A stretch of DNA of 64,000 nucleotides from Candidatus Gottesmanbacteria bacterium. GTDB taxonomy: Bacteria > Patescibacteriota > Microgenomatia > UBA10105 > UBA927. Every line of letters starts with the position of its first letter. Positions within the stretch are counted from its first letter, which is position 1. Below, piece by piece: positions 37,759 to 47,340 of the stretch. The DNA lies in contig JAHFKK010000001.1 of NCBI GenBank assembly GCA_023245335.1, forward strand, positions 299,282 to 363,281, given 5' to 3'. The translations under genes were made by a program, and so were the position numbers. The notes beneath the pieces are model-generated. The model was not told where the DNA came from. It saw only the letters and a program-made list of their open reading frames with translations, and did no database searches.

Positions 37759-38359
37759 GCTCCGGTAGCACTTCCAGAGGATTGGTGGCTGTGCCGTTGA
37801 TATGGATCTCCAGATGCAAATGATTGCCGGTCGCCCAGCCGGTAGCACCGACTTCACCAAGCTCCGTGTTCTTTGTCACTTTTTGTCCTTCTTTGACGTT
37901 TATTTTGGAAAGATGGGCATACAATGACTCCAACTGGTCATTGTGTTTGACGATGACATGTTGGCCATAGCCCATGAGGATGGTGCCGGCATAGATGACC
38001 GTGCCGTCGGCAATCGGGTGGATGGCTGTACCTACCGGGTCGGTTAAGTCCATCCCGGGGTGGCCGCCGGAGAATTCCTGGGAAATGCCGAAGGTCGCGA
38101 GCGGCCAGCGGAAACGCGAATCAGATACGCCCGCGTTTACGATAATTTTTGGAGTATCGAAGTAGAGTTCTGTGGAGGCAAAGCCAGCCATTGTCTGCGG
38201 GACGACAAACGCACCGAAAAAGGCTAGGCCTATAAGCGGAATACCGATGAGTTCCTGCAGATGACGTTTTTCGATATGCAGGCGAATCCAGCGGCTTAAG
38301 CGGTTGCTGCCGTAATACGGAGTCGTGATCCAGTGAAGAAACTGTTGTATTTGTTTCAT
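37745..38359 (-). CDS. M23-family (LytM-type) peptidoglycan endopeptidase
   Basis: GGHPGMD..HLHLEIHINGTATNP zinc-binding motifs. Start at 38359 is chosen because a TTGACT-N17-TATACT promoter lies upstream of it, downstream of the track start at 38455. Confidence 0.8.
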   Translation of the reverse strand: MKQIQQFLHWITTPYYGSNRLSRWIRLHIEKRHLQELIGIPLIGLAFFGAFVVPQTMAGFASTELYFDTPKIIVNAGVSDSRFRWPLATFGISQEFSGGHPGMDLTDPVGTAIHPIADGTVIYAGTILMGYGQHVIVKHNDQLESLYAHLSKINVKEGQKVTKNTELGEVGATGWATGNHLHLEIHINGTATNPLEVLPELKKQ

Positions 38360-38401
38360 ATATGTTTTCGGTACGATCCCACGTCGCGTAAAGCTTCGTG
38401 G

Positions 38402-38435
38402 GAGTAAACAAAAACCACTCCCGAAAGAGTGGTTT
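38402..38435 (-). promoter_or_regulatory. 5'-leader hairpin (AAACCACUC-UUUCGG-GAGUGGUUU) plus U-tract at about +3 of the predicted M23 transcript
   Basis: Looks like an intrinsic terminator but sits at the transcript 5' end. Possible 5' stabiliser or attenuator. Confidence 0.35.
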
Positions 38436-38445
38436 AGTACCCGGT

Positions 38446-38474
38446 AGTATAGCAAGAAATCGTAGGTAAGTCAA
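38446..38474 (-). promoter_or_regulatory. Minus-strand promoter TTGACT-N17-TATACT for the M23 gene
   Basis: Reverse-complement reading: -35 at 38469-38474, -10 at 38446-38451. Confidence 0.5.
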
Positions 38475-38494
38475 ATCACTATAGGATAAGATCG

Positions 38495-38524
38495 TTGCCT
38501 ACAGCTTGAAAGGTGTGATATTAT
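38495..38524 (+). promoter_or_regulatory. Candidate promoter TTGCCT-N18-TATTAT for the PEGA-domain gene
   Basis: Sequence reading only. Confidence 0.35.
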
Positions 38525-38536
38525 CGAACTCAATCT

Positions 38537-39430
38537 ATGAAGCGCAAAGTGGTATTTTTCACTGTTATCATCCTCATTATTCTTGCTATCGCTGGGACGA
38601 TTAAGCTCATTTCATCCCGGACTCCCAAAGAAGGTGAATTACGGGTAGAAAGCAGCCCTTCAGTAAGTGTGTTTTTGGATAACAAACACCTCGGGAGAAG
38701 CCCGTATCGGGAGAAGGTGCAGGCAGGAGAATACACCCTCCGTCTGGTTCCGGAAAGTACGACCGGAAACATCGCGCCCTGGCAGGGGAAGATTTCCGTG
38801 GGAGCAAATTTACTTACCTTCGTCAACGCGGTTCTTTCGGAGTCAGAACTTTCTTCGGCCGTTGACGTACTGTGGCTCGAGAAAAGCATAGCCAGTAAGC
38901 CGGAGCTTTCGGTCATCACTAATCCGGACGGCGCTTCCGTCGTTGTCGATGACATAACGAAAGGCATCACCCCGTTGACGCTCCAGGATCTGCCGGAAGG
39001 AGATCATTCACTGACCGTTACGTCCCCGGGATTTTTGACACGGACCATGAAGATTAAATTGACGGTCGGATACAAGCTTATTGCGTCCCTGAAGCTCGCG
39101 CTTTCTGCAACTGGGGCGTCAGACGTGACCGCCTCGCCTTCCGCGACGACGTCAATTACGCCCACTCCGACACTCAAATCCGGAACCAAAACTGCTACAT
39201 CGTCTGCTACAACCCAAACACCGCAAAAACCGTATGTCGTGATCAAGGATACGCCGACCGGATTCCTGCGCGTACGCATGGACCCGTCGACGACCGCGAC
39301 AGAAGCGGGACGTGTGAACCCCGGAGATAAATTCCACGTATTTGATGAACAGACCGGGTGGTTCCAGATTTCCTATGACGGGACCAACAAAGGTTGGGTT
39401 TCGGGTACCTACGCCACAGAAACGAAGTAA
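38537..39430 (+). CDS. PEGA-domain membrane protein with a C-terminal SH3b-like domain
   Basis: N-terminal TM, PEGA-like repeats (LPEGDHSLTV), a Thr/Ser-rich linker, and an SH3_3-like C-terminus (GFLRVR..GWVSGTY). Confidence 0.6.
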   Translation: MKRKVVFFTVIILIILAIAGTIKLISSRTPKEGELRVESSPSVSVFLDNKHLGRSPYREKVQAGEYTLRLVPESTTGNIAPWQGKISVGANLLTFVNAVLSESELSSAVDVLWLEKSIASKPELSVITNPDGASVVVDDITKGITPLTLQDLPEGDHSLTVTSPGFLTRTMKIKLTVGYKLIASLKLALSATGASDVTASPSATTSITPTPTLKSGTKTATSSATTQTPQKPYVVIKDTPTGFLRVRMDPSTTATEAGRVNPGDKFHVFDEQTGWFQISYDGTNKGWVSGTYATETK

Positions 39431-39440
39431 TTATATTGGT

Positions 39441-39815
39441 ATGAATACCAATCAAATTCACCGTTGGATGGATGCATTCGGTTTAGCTTGGAGCAGTAAA
39501 GACGTTGATGTTGTGATGGGCCTGTTTGATAAGGATAATATCGAGTACTTTGAATCGGTATTCAACCCGCCGTTAACGGATTGGGCTGCGGTTAAAAAGC
39601 TTTGGGCTGTCGTACCTGCAAATCAGAAAGACATTACCTTCTCATACGACATAGTCTTGAGTTCTAAGGCCTCCTGTGTGATACATTGGAATGTTTCCCG
39701 AGTCTTACTACCCGCCAATGAAAAACAACTGGTAGATGGGATATTTCTGATTAGACTAAATAATAAGGGACTTTGTACGTTTTTCAAACAGTGGAGAGCA
39801 GTAAAAGCAGGATAA
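39441..39815 (+). CDS. NTF2-like/SnoaL-like small protein
   Basis: 124 aa from an internal ATG. Fold guess only. Confidence 0.4.
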   Translation: MNTNQIHRWMDAFGLAWSSKDVDVVMGLFDKDNIEYFESVFNPPLTDWAAVKKLWAVVPANQKDITFSYDIVLSSKASCVIHWNVSRVLLPANEKQLVDGIFLIRLNNKGLCTFFKQWRAVKAG

Positions 39816-39817
39816 TA

Positions 39818-40756
39818 TTACCCCCCGATGCCGTAGATAATGAACATGGCGCTCGCCCCCCAGAGGATAACGGTCGTCAGAAGCGGCAGATCAGCGGTCA
39901 GTACCTGTTCCGGCGATTCCCCTTTACCATGATAGATGAGCTGCATATAGCGCATGATGCCGTACAGGATAAAAGGAATCGTAATCATCATCCATTTGCG
40001 ATCCGGGATATCCGTGACAAAATCCCCGTAGTTTTTGAAAAATAATCCCTGGCTAAGCGGCCGCTCAAGGAACGTGAAGTATGTATAGGAAATAAACGTG
40101 GAGGTGGCAAACATAGACGTATATGCATCCAATAGTTTTTCCGAATAGTGCGAAAGCGACGCGCGGGTATCGCGGGGGGACATAGCGCCGGAACCCTGGA
40201 TGAGCGTCAATTCTGCGCGGCGTTTGCCTATCGCGAGGAAGAGCGCGAGTGATAGCGCCGCGAGCGCGAGCCATATGGATATATGGAGGCCCGTAGCCGC
40301 TTCACCCGCATAGACGCGGATGACGTAGCCTGCGGTTATGACGATAATGTCTACGACCGATATATGTTTGAGGATCATGGAGTATAGATATTGCAGGATG
40401 ATGAAAAGGATCGCAAACAGGAAAAATGACGGGCCGACACTATGCGCGATGGTCAGACCGATGAGGACAAAAAAAAGTGATGTGAGAAGTGCAATCTTCA
40501 CGGGCAACTTGCCGCTTGCCACGGGCCGGAATTTTTTGAACGGGTGCCGACGGTCGGCCGGAGCGTCCAAGACGTCGTTAAAAATATAATTCGAGGAGGC
40601 GAGGAAACAGAATGCAACGAAACCGAGCACCGTGTTGAGAAACAACTCCTGACGGAACAGTTGTCCCGTAAAAAATACGGTCGTAAACAGCGCGACATTT
40701 TTCAACCATTGTCGGGGCCGCGCAGCTTTGAAAATTGCGTAAAGAAGCTGACCCAT
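39818..40756 (-). CDS. UbiA-family prenyl-phosphate phosphoribosyltransferase (decaprenyl-phosphate 5-phosphoribosyltransferase-like)
   Basis: N-terminal RPRQWLKN and NDVLDAPADRRHP, the signature of DPPR synthases. Start set to MGQLL (40756) so the RPRQW motif is retained. It overlaps the upstream GT4 gene by 55 nt. Confidence 0.7.
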   Translation of the reverse strand: MGQLLYAIFKAARPRQWLKNVALFTTVFFTGQLFRQELFLNTVLGFVAFCFLASSNYIFNDVLDAPADRRHPFKKFRPVASGKLPVKIALLTSLFFVLIGLTIAHSVGPSFFLFAILFIILQYLYSMILKHISVVDIIVITAGYVIRVYAGEAATGLHISIWLALAALSLALFLAIGKRRAELTLIQGSGAMSPRDTRASLSHYSEKLLDAYTSMFATSTFISYTYFTFLERPLSQGLFFKNYGDFVTDIPDRKWMMITIPFILYGIMRYMQLIYHGKGESPEQVLTADLPLLTTVILWGASAMFIIYGIGG

Positions 40757-41784
40757 ACGAGAAACATGGTCAACGCGACAGCAACTGCGATAAACGCGAA
40801 TACTTTGAGAGAACTCGTGACTGTGAGCGAGACCAGCCCCAGTATAGCGGACACCCCCCAGTAAAACAAGGCGATTCTGCGTTTTCCCCACCCCAAATCC
40901 ATGAGCCGGTGATGAAGGTGTCCGCGGTCCGCCCAGACCGGTGACTTCTTCGTCCCGAGACGCCGCACCAGGGTTGCCACGGCGTCCAACATGGGGATGC
41001 CCAGGACAAGGAGCGCGGTCCCGAGTTTCGCAAACGAAAGTATGCCTAAGAGCGCCAAAAAGTATCCCGCAAGCGTTTTGCCGCCGTATCCGGGCATAAT
41101 GCGCTGCGGATAGAAGTTCCACGGCAAAAAGCCAAGAAACGATCCGGTCACGATGAATGCGAGCGTCGTTACCCAGGCCTGTGACGGGTCGGATAGGCTG
41201 TAGCGGAGCGACAGTAATCCCAAAACAAATGCGGAGATTGCGACATAGCCCGGCATTTGTCCGTCAACGCCTGCTGACCATCCGATGATGTTCATGGTCC
41301 AGACAATCCAAAGAAGTGCGAAGATCTGTGGTAACCCGACGACCACGCGAAGAGCACCGATAGTCAGTGTTTGATCCCATGTCGTGAGTTGTAGTACTCC
41401 TCCCGTCAACGGGTTGGTGATAAACGGAATGACGTTACCGCTGAAAACCACAATGCACGCGACCAGTACGTTCACGGTGAGGCGTACATACGGATTGATG
41501 TCTTTTTTGTCGTCAAGTAACCCTAGGATGGTGAGTATGAGCGCGCCGACTATGATGCCTACCTGATGGGGATTTAATTGTATGGAGAAAACGATCGCTA
41601 TGACGATGCCAAAACATATGGCGAGTCCTCCGGCGCGCGGTACTATGCCCCGATGCGTGTGTGCAGGATGATATCTGTGGGTGGGGTCATCAACGAGACC
41701 AAACCGTTTTGCCAAGACAATGACGAACGGCGTTGCGAGACATGTCGCGATAAGAGCAATAGCCCACGGTGCGATAAATTGCAT
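40702..41784 (-). CDS. GT4-family polyprenyl-phosphate N-acetylhexosamine-1-phosphate transferase (WecA/MraY-like)
   Basis: Ten or more TM helices and the HLHHRL motif. Confidence 0.8.
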   Translation of the reverse strand: MQFIAPWAIALIATCLATPFVIVLAKRFGLVDDPTHRYHPAHTHRGIVPRAGGLAICFGIVIAIVFSIQLNPHQVGIIVGALILTILGLLDDKKDINPYVRLTVNVLVACIVVFSGNVIPFITNPLTGGVLQLTTWDQTLTIGALRVVVGLPQIFALLWIVWTMNIIGWSAGVDGQMPGYVAISAFVLGLLSLRYSLSDPSQAWVTTLAFIVTGSFLGFLPWNFYPQRIMPGYGGKTLAGYFLALLGILSFAKLGTALLVLGIPMLDAVATLVRRLGTKKSPVWADRGHLHHRLMDLGWGKRRIALFYWGVSAILGLVSLTVTSSLKVFAFIAVAVALTMFLVWVSFFTQFSKLRGPDNG

Positions 41785-41786
41785 AA

Positions 41787-42179
41787 TTATCCTACTAAGG
41801 TCACTATACGGATAACAAAGAGAACGCTTAAGCTTGAGACCAGAAGAGACGTCATAAAGAGTACCCGTGCGAATATGGGATGATCTGCAGCATACCGGAC
41901 GACTACCGCGATATTCGTAAGATATATGATGATTGCCACACCGATAGGAACCAGGAGGAATAGCGGTGACGATAATCGATCTTCACCCCACGGCTGACTA
42001 TACCAAATCGGTACGACCGGGGGGAGTTTGCGCCAGTTCCAAAGGATTGCGACGATGCCGATGATTCCTTGTAAAATGGCACCTGCTGATGCAGCACGGT
42101 ATTCCCACGTCCGGCGAAGCGGCGCGATGCCCTGAAGGAAACGTTCCGGTGTCGGTGTGGTAGGGAAGATAAATTTCAT
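41787..42179 (-). CDS. Small integral membrane protein (130 aa)
   Basis: Three to four hydrophobic helices. Operon position between the GT-C and GT4 genes. Confidence 0.45.
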   Translation of the reverse strand: MKFIFPTTPTPERFLQGIAPLRRTWEYRAASAGAILQGIIGIVAILWNWRKLPPVVPIWYSQPWGEDRLSSPLFLLVPIGVAIIIYLTNIAVVVRYAADHPIFARVLFMTSLLVSSLSVLFVIRIVTLVG

Positions 42180-43525
42180 AGTTTGTTTTTACGAACGGAC
42201 GTTGTCCCTGCTGACGTGCGGTAAATGACCTCAAACGATGCGTCTCCGTGCACGAGAAACGTACGCGACGGAGGAAAGACGGAAAAATCTGCTTTCATGC
42301 GTCCCGGTGTCATAAGCGCCTCACCTATATACCACGGAAACGGTGCGTTTTGCGGGTTATAGAGAAATACCTGTGAACGATTATGGGCATAATAGAGCGT
42401 CTCAAGATATATAAGCGCGTTATCCGCCATGATGACGTCAGTGTTTCTCGAAAGAGCGTTGACTTCCAGCATTGTGTTGCGAAGCGGAACTTTGGGGTGT
42501 TGCGGGGGGAACCACCAGTTGATCCACAGGACAAAAACCATGAGCACCGCTGCCGTGATCTTTTGAAACATCCGGTTTTTGATCGCATCGAGCGCCGCGA
42601 CGATCACGAGGACCTCCGCGATAGTCGATGGAATGAGATACCGGTTCACAAAAAGCGGTTTCACAAAAGATATACCAATGATAACGGCAAGCGGCAGTGC
42701 CCCGAAGAGGATAAAGAGTGACGTGCGGTTGCGGTTTTTGCGGTCCATGAGGGCAAAAAGAGCGAAGCCCGCAAGGATAAGCGAAAGATACGCCGTATAG
42801 CCCCATCCGTACCACGGCGTCCCCTCATAGCCGGTAAACATATTTCCGAGTGCAGAGAGCACAAGTTGCAGATTGACCGGGAAATACCATGAATTCCGAA
42901 ATCGGGATGACTCCGCACCAATTTTTATGAGCCAGGGGATCATCAGTACGCCGACAGCAGTAAAGGCTCGAAGTGCCGCATCATGACGGAATAAATTTTT
43001 GATACGTCGGATGTCCGGATGGGTGAAGATGAACCAGTGGACAAAAAGAGCGCCGAGGAATAGTAGAAGATACACGTGGGTGTAGAATCCCAAAACTGCG
43101 GCTACGATAAACCATTTCCATCGTTTGTTCGTATATGCATAAAGCGTCGCAGTAGCGAAGAACATATACCATGCATATGTGCGCACCTCGAACGCATAGT
43201 AGAGGATCATGGGGTTCAGGAAAAAAAAGACCGGCATATAGAACGAAAGCCAGTGCTTTTTGTACATTTGAGCCGCCCATCGGATGATGATGACTGTCGT
43301 CAGCAAAAATCCCAGAAGCGATAAGCTGCGCGCGGCAATATCCGACTCACCGAATATCCGTATCCAGTAGTGGAGGAGTGTGTAGTAAACCGGAGGTTCG
43401 AATCCCAATCTTTCGACAATAAACCGGAGCGATTGTTCAGAGGCGAGGACCGAAAACGCTTCATCCCGCCAAAAACTTTGGGTCATGTAGAGAAGCGGTG
43501 TATGGGTGAGTAATAAGTTCCACAT
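42176..43525 (-). CDS. GT-C-fold membrane glycosyltransferase (ArnT/PMT-like)
   Basis: FWRDEAFS (DE motif) near the N-terminus; polytopic. Confidence 0.65.
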   Translation of the reverse strand: MWNLLLTHTPLLYMTQSFWRDEAFSVLASEQSLRFIVERLGFEPPVYYTLLHYWIRIFGESDIAARSLSLLGFLLTTVIIIRWAAQMYKKHWLSFYMPVFFFLNPMILYYAFEVRTYAWYMFFATATLYAYTNKRWKWFIVAAVLGFYTHVYLLLFLGALFVHWFIFTHPDIRRIKNLFRHDAALRAFTAVGVLMIPWLIKIGAESSRFRNSWYFPVNLQLVLSALGNMFTGYEGTPWYGWGYTAYLSLILAGFALFALMDRKNRNRTSLFILFGALPLAVIIGISFVKPLFVNRYLIPSTIAEVLVIVAALDAIKNRMFQKITAAVLMVFVLWINWWFPPQHPKVPLRNTMLEVNALSRNTDVIMADNALIYLETLYYAHNRSQVFLYNPQNAPFPWYIGEALMTPGRMKADFSVFPPSRTFLVHGDASFEVIYRTSAGTTSVRKNKL

Positions 43526-43574
43526 AGGAAAGAAACAAGGGCATTTGCTACGCTTCTGCGCAGTCTATTAACAA

Positions 43575-45056
43575 TTATATCTTTTCCGTTACTCTGTATT
43601 CCAGCCGTTTACCCAAAAGAAGCCGAGTGTGGGCATCCAATCCCGGGAGAGCGGAGAGGAAAAATGAAATGATCGGAAGCGTGAGCCACTGAAGATAAAG
43701 AAGAGGCAATTTCCATTTGGCGTATGATGCCGGCGGGGGAGGTTTGATGCGCCAATCGATGATGAAGACTATAGCAAGGAAGATGGTAGAAAGCGTAAGT
43801 ATACCGGAGGAGATTTGTGCAAGGTTGTGTCCCAGAACAGTCCGTGCAAATACCGGGTTGACGAGTGGTGGTACGGTGCTTCCGAGCGTCAGGATAAACC
43901 AGTTCGTCGGCCATAATATATGGTGTTCCAGGAGGAGGAGTAAGCGCCGAAATCGTTCTCTCGCTTTGATTTCGGTATGAATAAAAACGTTTTGGATGAC
44001 ATACGGAATGTCGGATACGCCCCAGGCCCAGCGTTTGGCCTGTTCATACTGATTGATGAACGTATGAAAAAATCCCGTGCTTTCCGCCGCATCGACCGAT
44101 ATCGGTAAAAATATAGGAAGCGCTGATACTCGTCCGCCTTTGGCAAAATACACTTTGAAGAACATATGATAATCCTCGGGAATGACGTCGACAGACCACC
44201 CGCCTACTTCTTTGGCAGTTTTAAGAGACAGGGAATAGGTAGAGAAGTTTATAAGTCTGCCTTTTTGTGAGAGCGTTGCGAGATTCCAAATCGTGTTGAG
44301 GGTGTTGAGAAAACGATAGGGTAGTTGGATGCGCCAGATATTGTTGTAAAACATGATAGCACCCTGGTAAAAGTGATACGCACGGTCCTCATCCTTGAGA
44401 AATGTGCTGGCAAGTGCGGAGAAATATTTAGGATGCGGCAATGCGTCGGCGTCGCAGGATGTAACGGTTGTGTACTCGAGGGGAATATGTTTTGTTTTCA
44501 GGAACGCAATGATATTTTTTGAAGCCCACGCCATGTTTGAGGATTTACCGGCTATTTCACCGTTATGGAGGGTGTGTCTCGTGATGATGAAGTGAGCGAA
44601 AGCCGATGAAAATTCTTTTTTCAAAATTGCGCACGTTGCTTTGGCATCCGGATCCTTGGCCTCGGTCGCAAGAACGACTACCATTTTTGTTTTGGGGAAG
44701 TCCTGATTCGCGAGGTTAGTAAGGGTGCGACGGAGGATGTGGATGGGCTCTTTGAATTCCGGAATGATGACGACGTGCCAAAGATTTTCGAAGTGCGGAT
44801 TCGCCATTGCGAGCTTAAGCCAATCTTCCCGAACATGTGCCGAAAGCTTCGCAAATGACCGGAATGCGGAGTAAACAAGCGTCAATGATTTATAAAACCA
44901 ATAGACATCGAATGTGATGATGAGATACGCGACGGTCGCAGGGTGCCAGAACGAAAGCCAGAGCGGCATGGTGATAAGAAGCCATGAGACCGTCGGGATG
45001 GCAATTTCGAGTAACCGTTGGATTTTGTTCGGATAACGTAGGAATATCCAGCGCAT
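43575..45056 (-). CDS. Membrane-embedded GT2-family glycosyltransferase (processive-synthase-like)
   Basis: TSCDADA (DxD) and QAKRWAWG (QxxRW) with flanking TM helices. Confidence 0.75.
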   Translation of the reverse strand: MRWIFLRYPNKIQRLLEIAIPTVSWLLITMPLWLSFWHPATVAYLIITFDVYWFYKSLTLVYSAFRSFAKLSAHVREDWLKLAMANPHFENLWHVVIIPEFKEPIHILRRTLTNLANQDFPKTKMVVVLATEAKDPDAKATCAILKKEFSSAFAHFIITRHTLHNGEIAGKSSNMAWASKNIIAFLKTKHIPLEYTTVTSCDADALPHPKYFSALASTFLKDEDRAYHFYQGAIMFYNNIWRIQLPYRFLNTLNTIWNLATLSQKGRLINFSTYSLSLKTAKEVGGWSVDVIPEDYHMFFKVYFAKGGRVSALPIFLPISVDAAESTGFFHTFINQYEQAKRWAWGVSDIPYVIQNVFIHTEIKARERFRRLLLLLEHHILWPTNWFILTLGSTVPPLVNPVFARTVLGHNLAQISSGILTLSTIFLAIVFIIDWRIKPPPPASYAKWKLPLLYLQWLTLPIISFFLSALPGLDAHTRLLLGKRLEYRVTEKI

Positions 45057-45100
45057 AGTATCAAGCCAAACAATTATACTATATAGGAGTGTTCTTGCGC

Positions 45101-45880
45101 TTAAATGCCAAAGAGAGCTTTCGCGTTGGTGGTAGTCGCTTCCATAATTTCCTGTACCGGCTTTTGTTGTAGCTCAGCGAGCTTTTGGGCGATGAGCGGG
45201 ATGTATTTGGGCTCGTTACGTTCTCCGCGGTGGGGTACCGGCGTGAGATACGGGGCGTCGGTCTCCAGTACCAGCATGGAAAGCGGGATATGCGGGACGA
45301 TCATCGCAAGTTGTTTGGAATAGGTGACATTGCCGTCTATGCCGACGTAGAATCCGAGTTCCTGCGAGCTTCTAAGGTCCTGCAGGCCGCCGGAAAAGCA
45401 ATGAAGAACCCCCCGTGGTATGTTGGGTACCGTATGAAGGATAGTGAATAGATCCTCAAATGCGTCGCGACAATGGAGGATGACCGGGAGATTGTGGGTG
45501 AGCGCAAGTTTGAGCTGTTCCTCGAGTAACCGGTGTTGGACATCTTTTCTTCCTGCTGCCACCTCGCCTTTGTATTCATGGTAATCCAGGCCGCATTCGC
45601 CGATTGCGACAATCAATTTCTTGTTTTGTTCGTCCGTGAGGAGTGATTCAAGGTATGAAATATCCGGATTATGCGGTGCTTCATACGGGTGGTAGCCGAC
45701 ACCGGCAAAAATGACGCCCGGATGCACGGAGGCAAGGTGAAGAGCCGTCCTGCAGGAATTATGATCTACTCCCGGGACGACAAATTGTTTCACCCCGGCT
45801 TTTTTCGCATTGCCGATGACCATCTCCCGATCCGTATCAAAATCCGAGAAATTCAGTTGTGTGTGCGTGTCGATGAACAT
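45101..45880 (-). CDS. tatD: TatD-family metal-dependent hydrolase/DNase
   Basis: MFIDTHTQL start, then ..GECGLDYH.. motifs. Confidence 0.85.
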   Translation of the reverse strand: MFIDTHTQLNFSDFDTDREMVIGNAKKAGVKQFVVPGVDHNSCRTALHLASVHPGVIFAGVGYHPYEAPHNPDISYLESLLTDEQNKKLIVAIGECGLDYHEYKGEVAAGRKDVQHRLLEEQLKLALTHNLPVILHCRDAFEDLFTILHTVPNIPRGVLHCFSGGLQDLRSSQELGFYVGIDGNVTYSKQLAMIVPHIPLSMLVLETDAPYLTPVPHRGERNEPKYIPLIAQKLAELQQKPVQEIMEATTTNAKALFGI

Positions 45881-45882
45881 GA

Positions 45883-47340
45883 TTACGTAAGCCTTGGAAA
45901 CAAGGGTGGTTGAGATTTGATTGTCGGACCTTTAAATTGATCAAGGATTTTTTTCGCAGTTTCGGGCAGAAATGGTTTTAAAACTTGAGCAATCGATATA
46001 ATCTGATTAACAGCATTTGTTATAACAACATAGTTTGAAAGTTTTTTACTATCATCTGATAATTCTTTTTGCCACGGCCTTTCATTATTTATATATCGAT
46101 CTAGTCCAGTAACAGCACCCCAAATAAGTGAAAGCGCTTCATTAAAACGGAATGATTCAACAATCGGTTGTACATCGTTCCAAAGCGAATTGATTTCATC
46201 GGATTGGTCATTCTTAATTAATACATTATTATTCTCTGCGAGCTTAGCTACGCGGGCAATCAGGTTGCCCAATCCGTTCGCTAAGTCTGAATTATAAAGT
46301 TCCTTGAATCTCCGTTCGGAGAAATCTCCGTCGGCGGAAGAAGGAATTTCGCGCAGGAAATAATAGCGCAAGGCGTCTGCGCCGTATTTTTTGATAAGTT
46401 CAAACGGGTCGATGACGTTGCCTAAAGTTTTGGACATCTTCTGGTCGTTCACCGTGAAGTACCCGTGTACGAATATGCTTTTGGGAGTTGCGAGTCCTGC
46501 AGACAAAAGGAATGCCGGCCAATAGACCGCGTGGAAGCGGGAGATGCCTTTGCCGATGACGTGGACGTCAGCGGGCCACCATTTCTCATACTGCTTTTCG
46601 TCCCAGCCGAATCCGATGCCGGACTGATAGATGTTGAGCGCATCAAACCATACATACATGCGCTGGCTGTCATCGCCAGGTACAGGGACGCCCCAGTTTT
46701 TGGCGCGCGCGTTACTCCGGGAAATACTTATATCCTGGAGCGGCTGTTTGAGAAATGATAAAACCTCGTTTCTGCGGGTATCCGGAATGATCTTGAGTTT
46801 GTCTTTTGAGATTAGGTCAATTATCTGCTTTTGGTATTTGGATAGCCGGAAGAAATAATTTTCCTCCGACACCTTTTCGAGTTTTTTGCCGGGGTGTTCG
46901 AAACATTCGCCGTTTTCATCCAGTTCGTCGGCTGTATAAAACGTTTCGCACCCCACACAATAGAGGCCTTCATACGATTTTTTGTAGATGTCTCCGGCCT
47001 TGTCGCAGAGCTGCCATAATTTTTGGCTCGCGACGAAGTGATGTTCCTGGTCGCTTCCTTTTTGCCACACGTCAAACCGGCAACCGAGGGCGGTCGTGAG
47101 TTCCAGAAACTTTTTCGTATTGTCGTCGATGAATTTGTGTACGGGTACACCCGCCTTCTCTGCGGCCTGGACGTTTTTCAGTGCGTTTTCATCGCCGCCG
47201 GACAGGAGTAAGGTGTCTTCGCCCAAAAGCGCATGATACCGCGCGATGACATCTCCCTGTACGAATTCCAGGGCATGCCCGATATGTGGTGCGGCATTCA
47301 CGTACGGAATGGCGCACGTTATGTAGAACTTTTTGTTCAT
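45883..47340 (-). CDS. metG: Methionyl-tRNA synthetase (short form)
   Basis: PHIGHA (HIGH) and KMSKT motifs with a CxxC zinc knuckle; 485 aa. Confidence 0.9.
   Translation of the reverse strand: MNKKFYITCAIPYVNAAPHIGHALEFVQGDVIARYHALLGEDTLLLSGGDENALKNVQAAEKAGVPVHKFIDDNTKKFLELTTALGCRFDVWQKGSDQEHHFVASQKLWQLCDKAGDIYKKSYEGLYCVGCETFYTADELDENGECFEHPGKKLEKVSEENYFFRLSKYQKQIIDLISKDKLKIIPDTRRNEVLSFLKQPLQDISISRSNARAKNWGVPVPGDDSQRMYVWFDALNIYQSGIGFGWDEKQYEKWWPADVHVIGKGISRFHAVYWPAFLLSAGLATPKSIFVHGYFTVNDQKMSKTLGNVIDPFELIKKYGADALRYYFLREIPSSADGDFSERRFKELYNSDLANGLGNLIARVAKLAENNNVLIKNDQSDEINSLWNDVQPIVESFRFNEALSLIWGAVTGLDRYINNERPWQKELSDDSKKLSNYVVITNAVNQIISIAQVLKPFLPETAKKILDQFKGPTIKSQPPLFPRLT

Noticed and set aside
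38530-38970. 146-aa minus-strand ORF
   Set aside because: Entirely antisense to the well-supported PEGA/SH3b gene (38537-39430) and has no motifs. Treated as a shadow ORF.
39342-39440. Upstream extension of the NTF2-like ORF
   Set aside because: Overlaps the C-terminus (SH3b domain) of the PEGA protein gene. Internal ATG at 39441 chosen.
41578-41883. 101-aa plus-strand ORF
   Set aside because: Antisense to the GT4 (WecA-like) gene and the small membrane protein gene.
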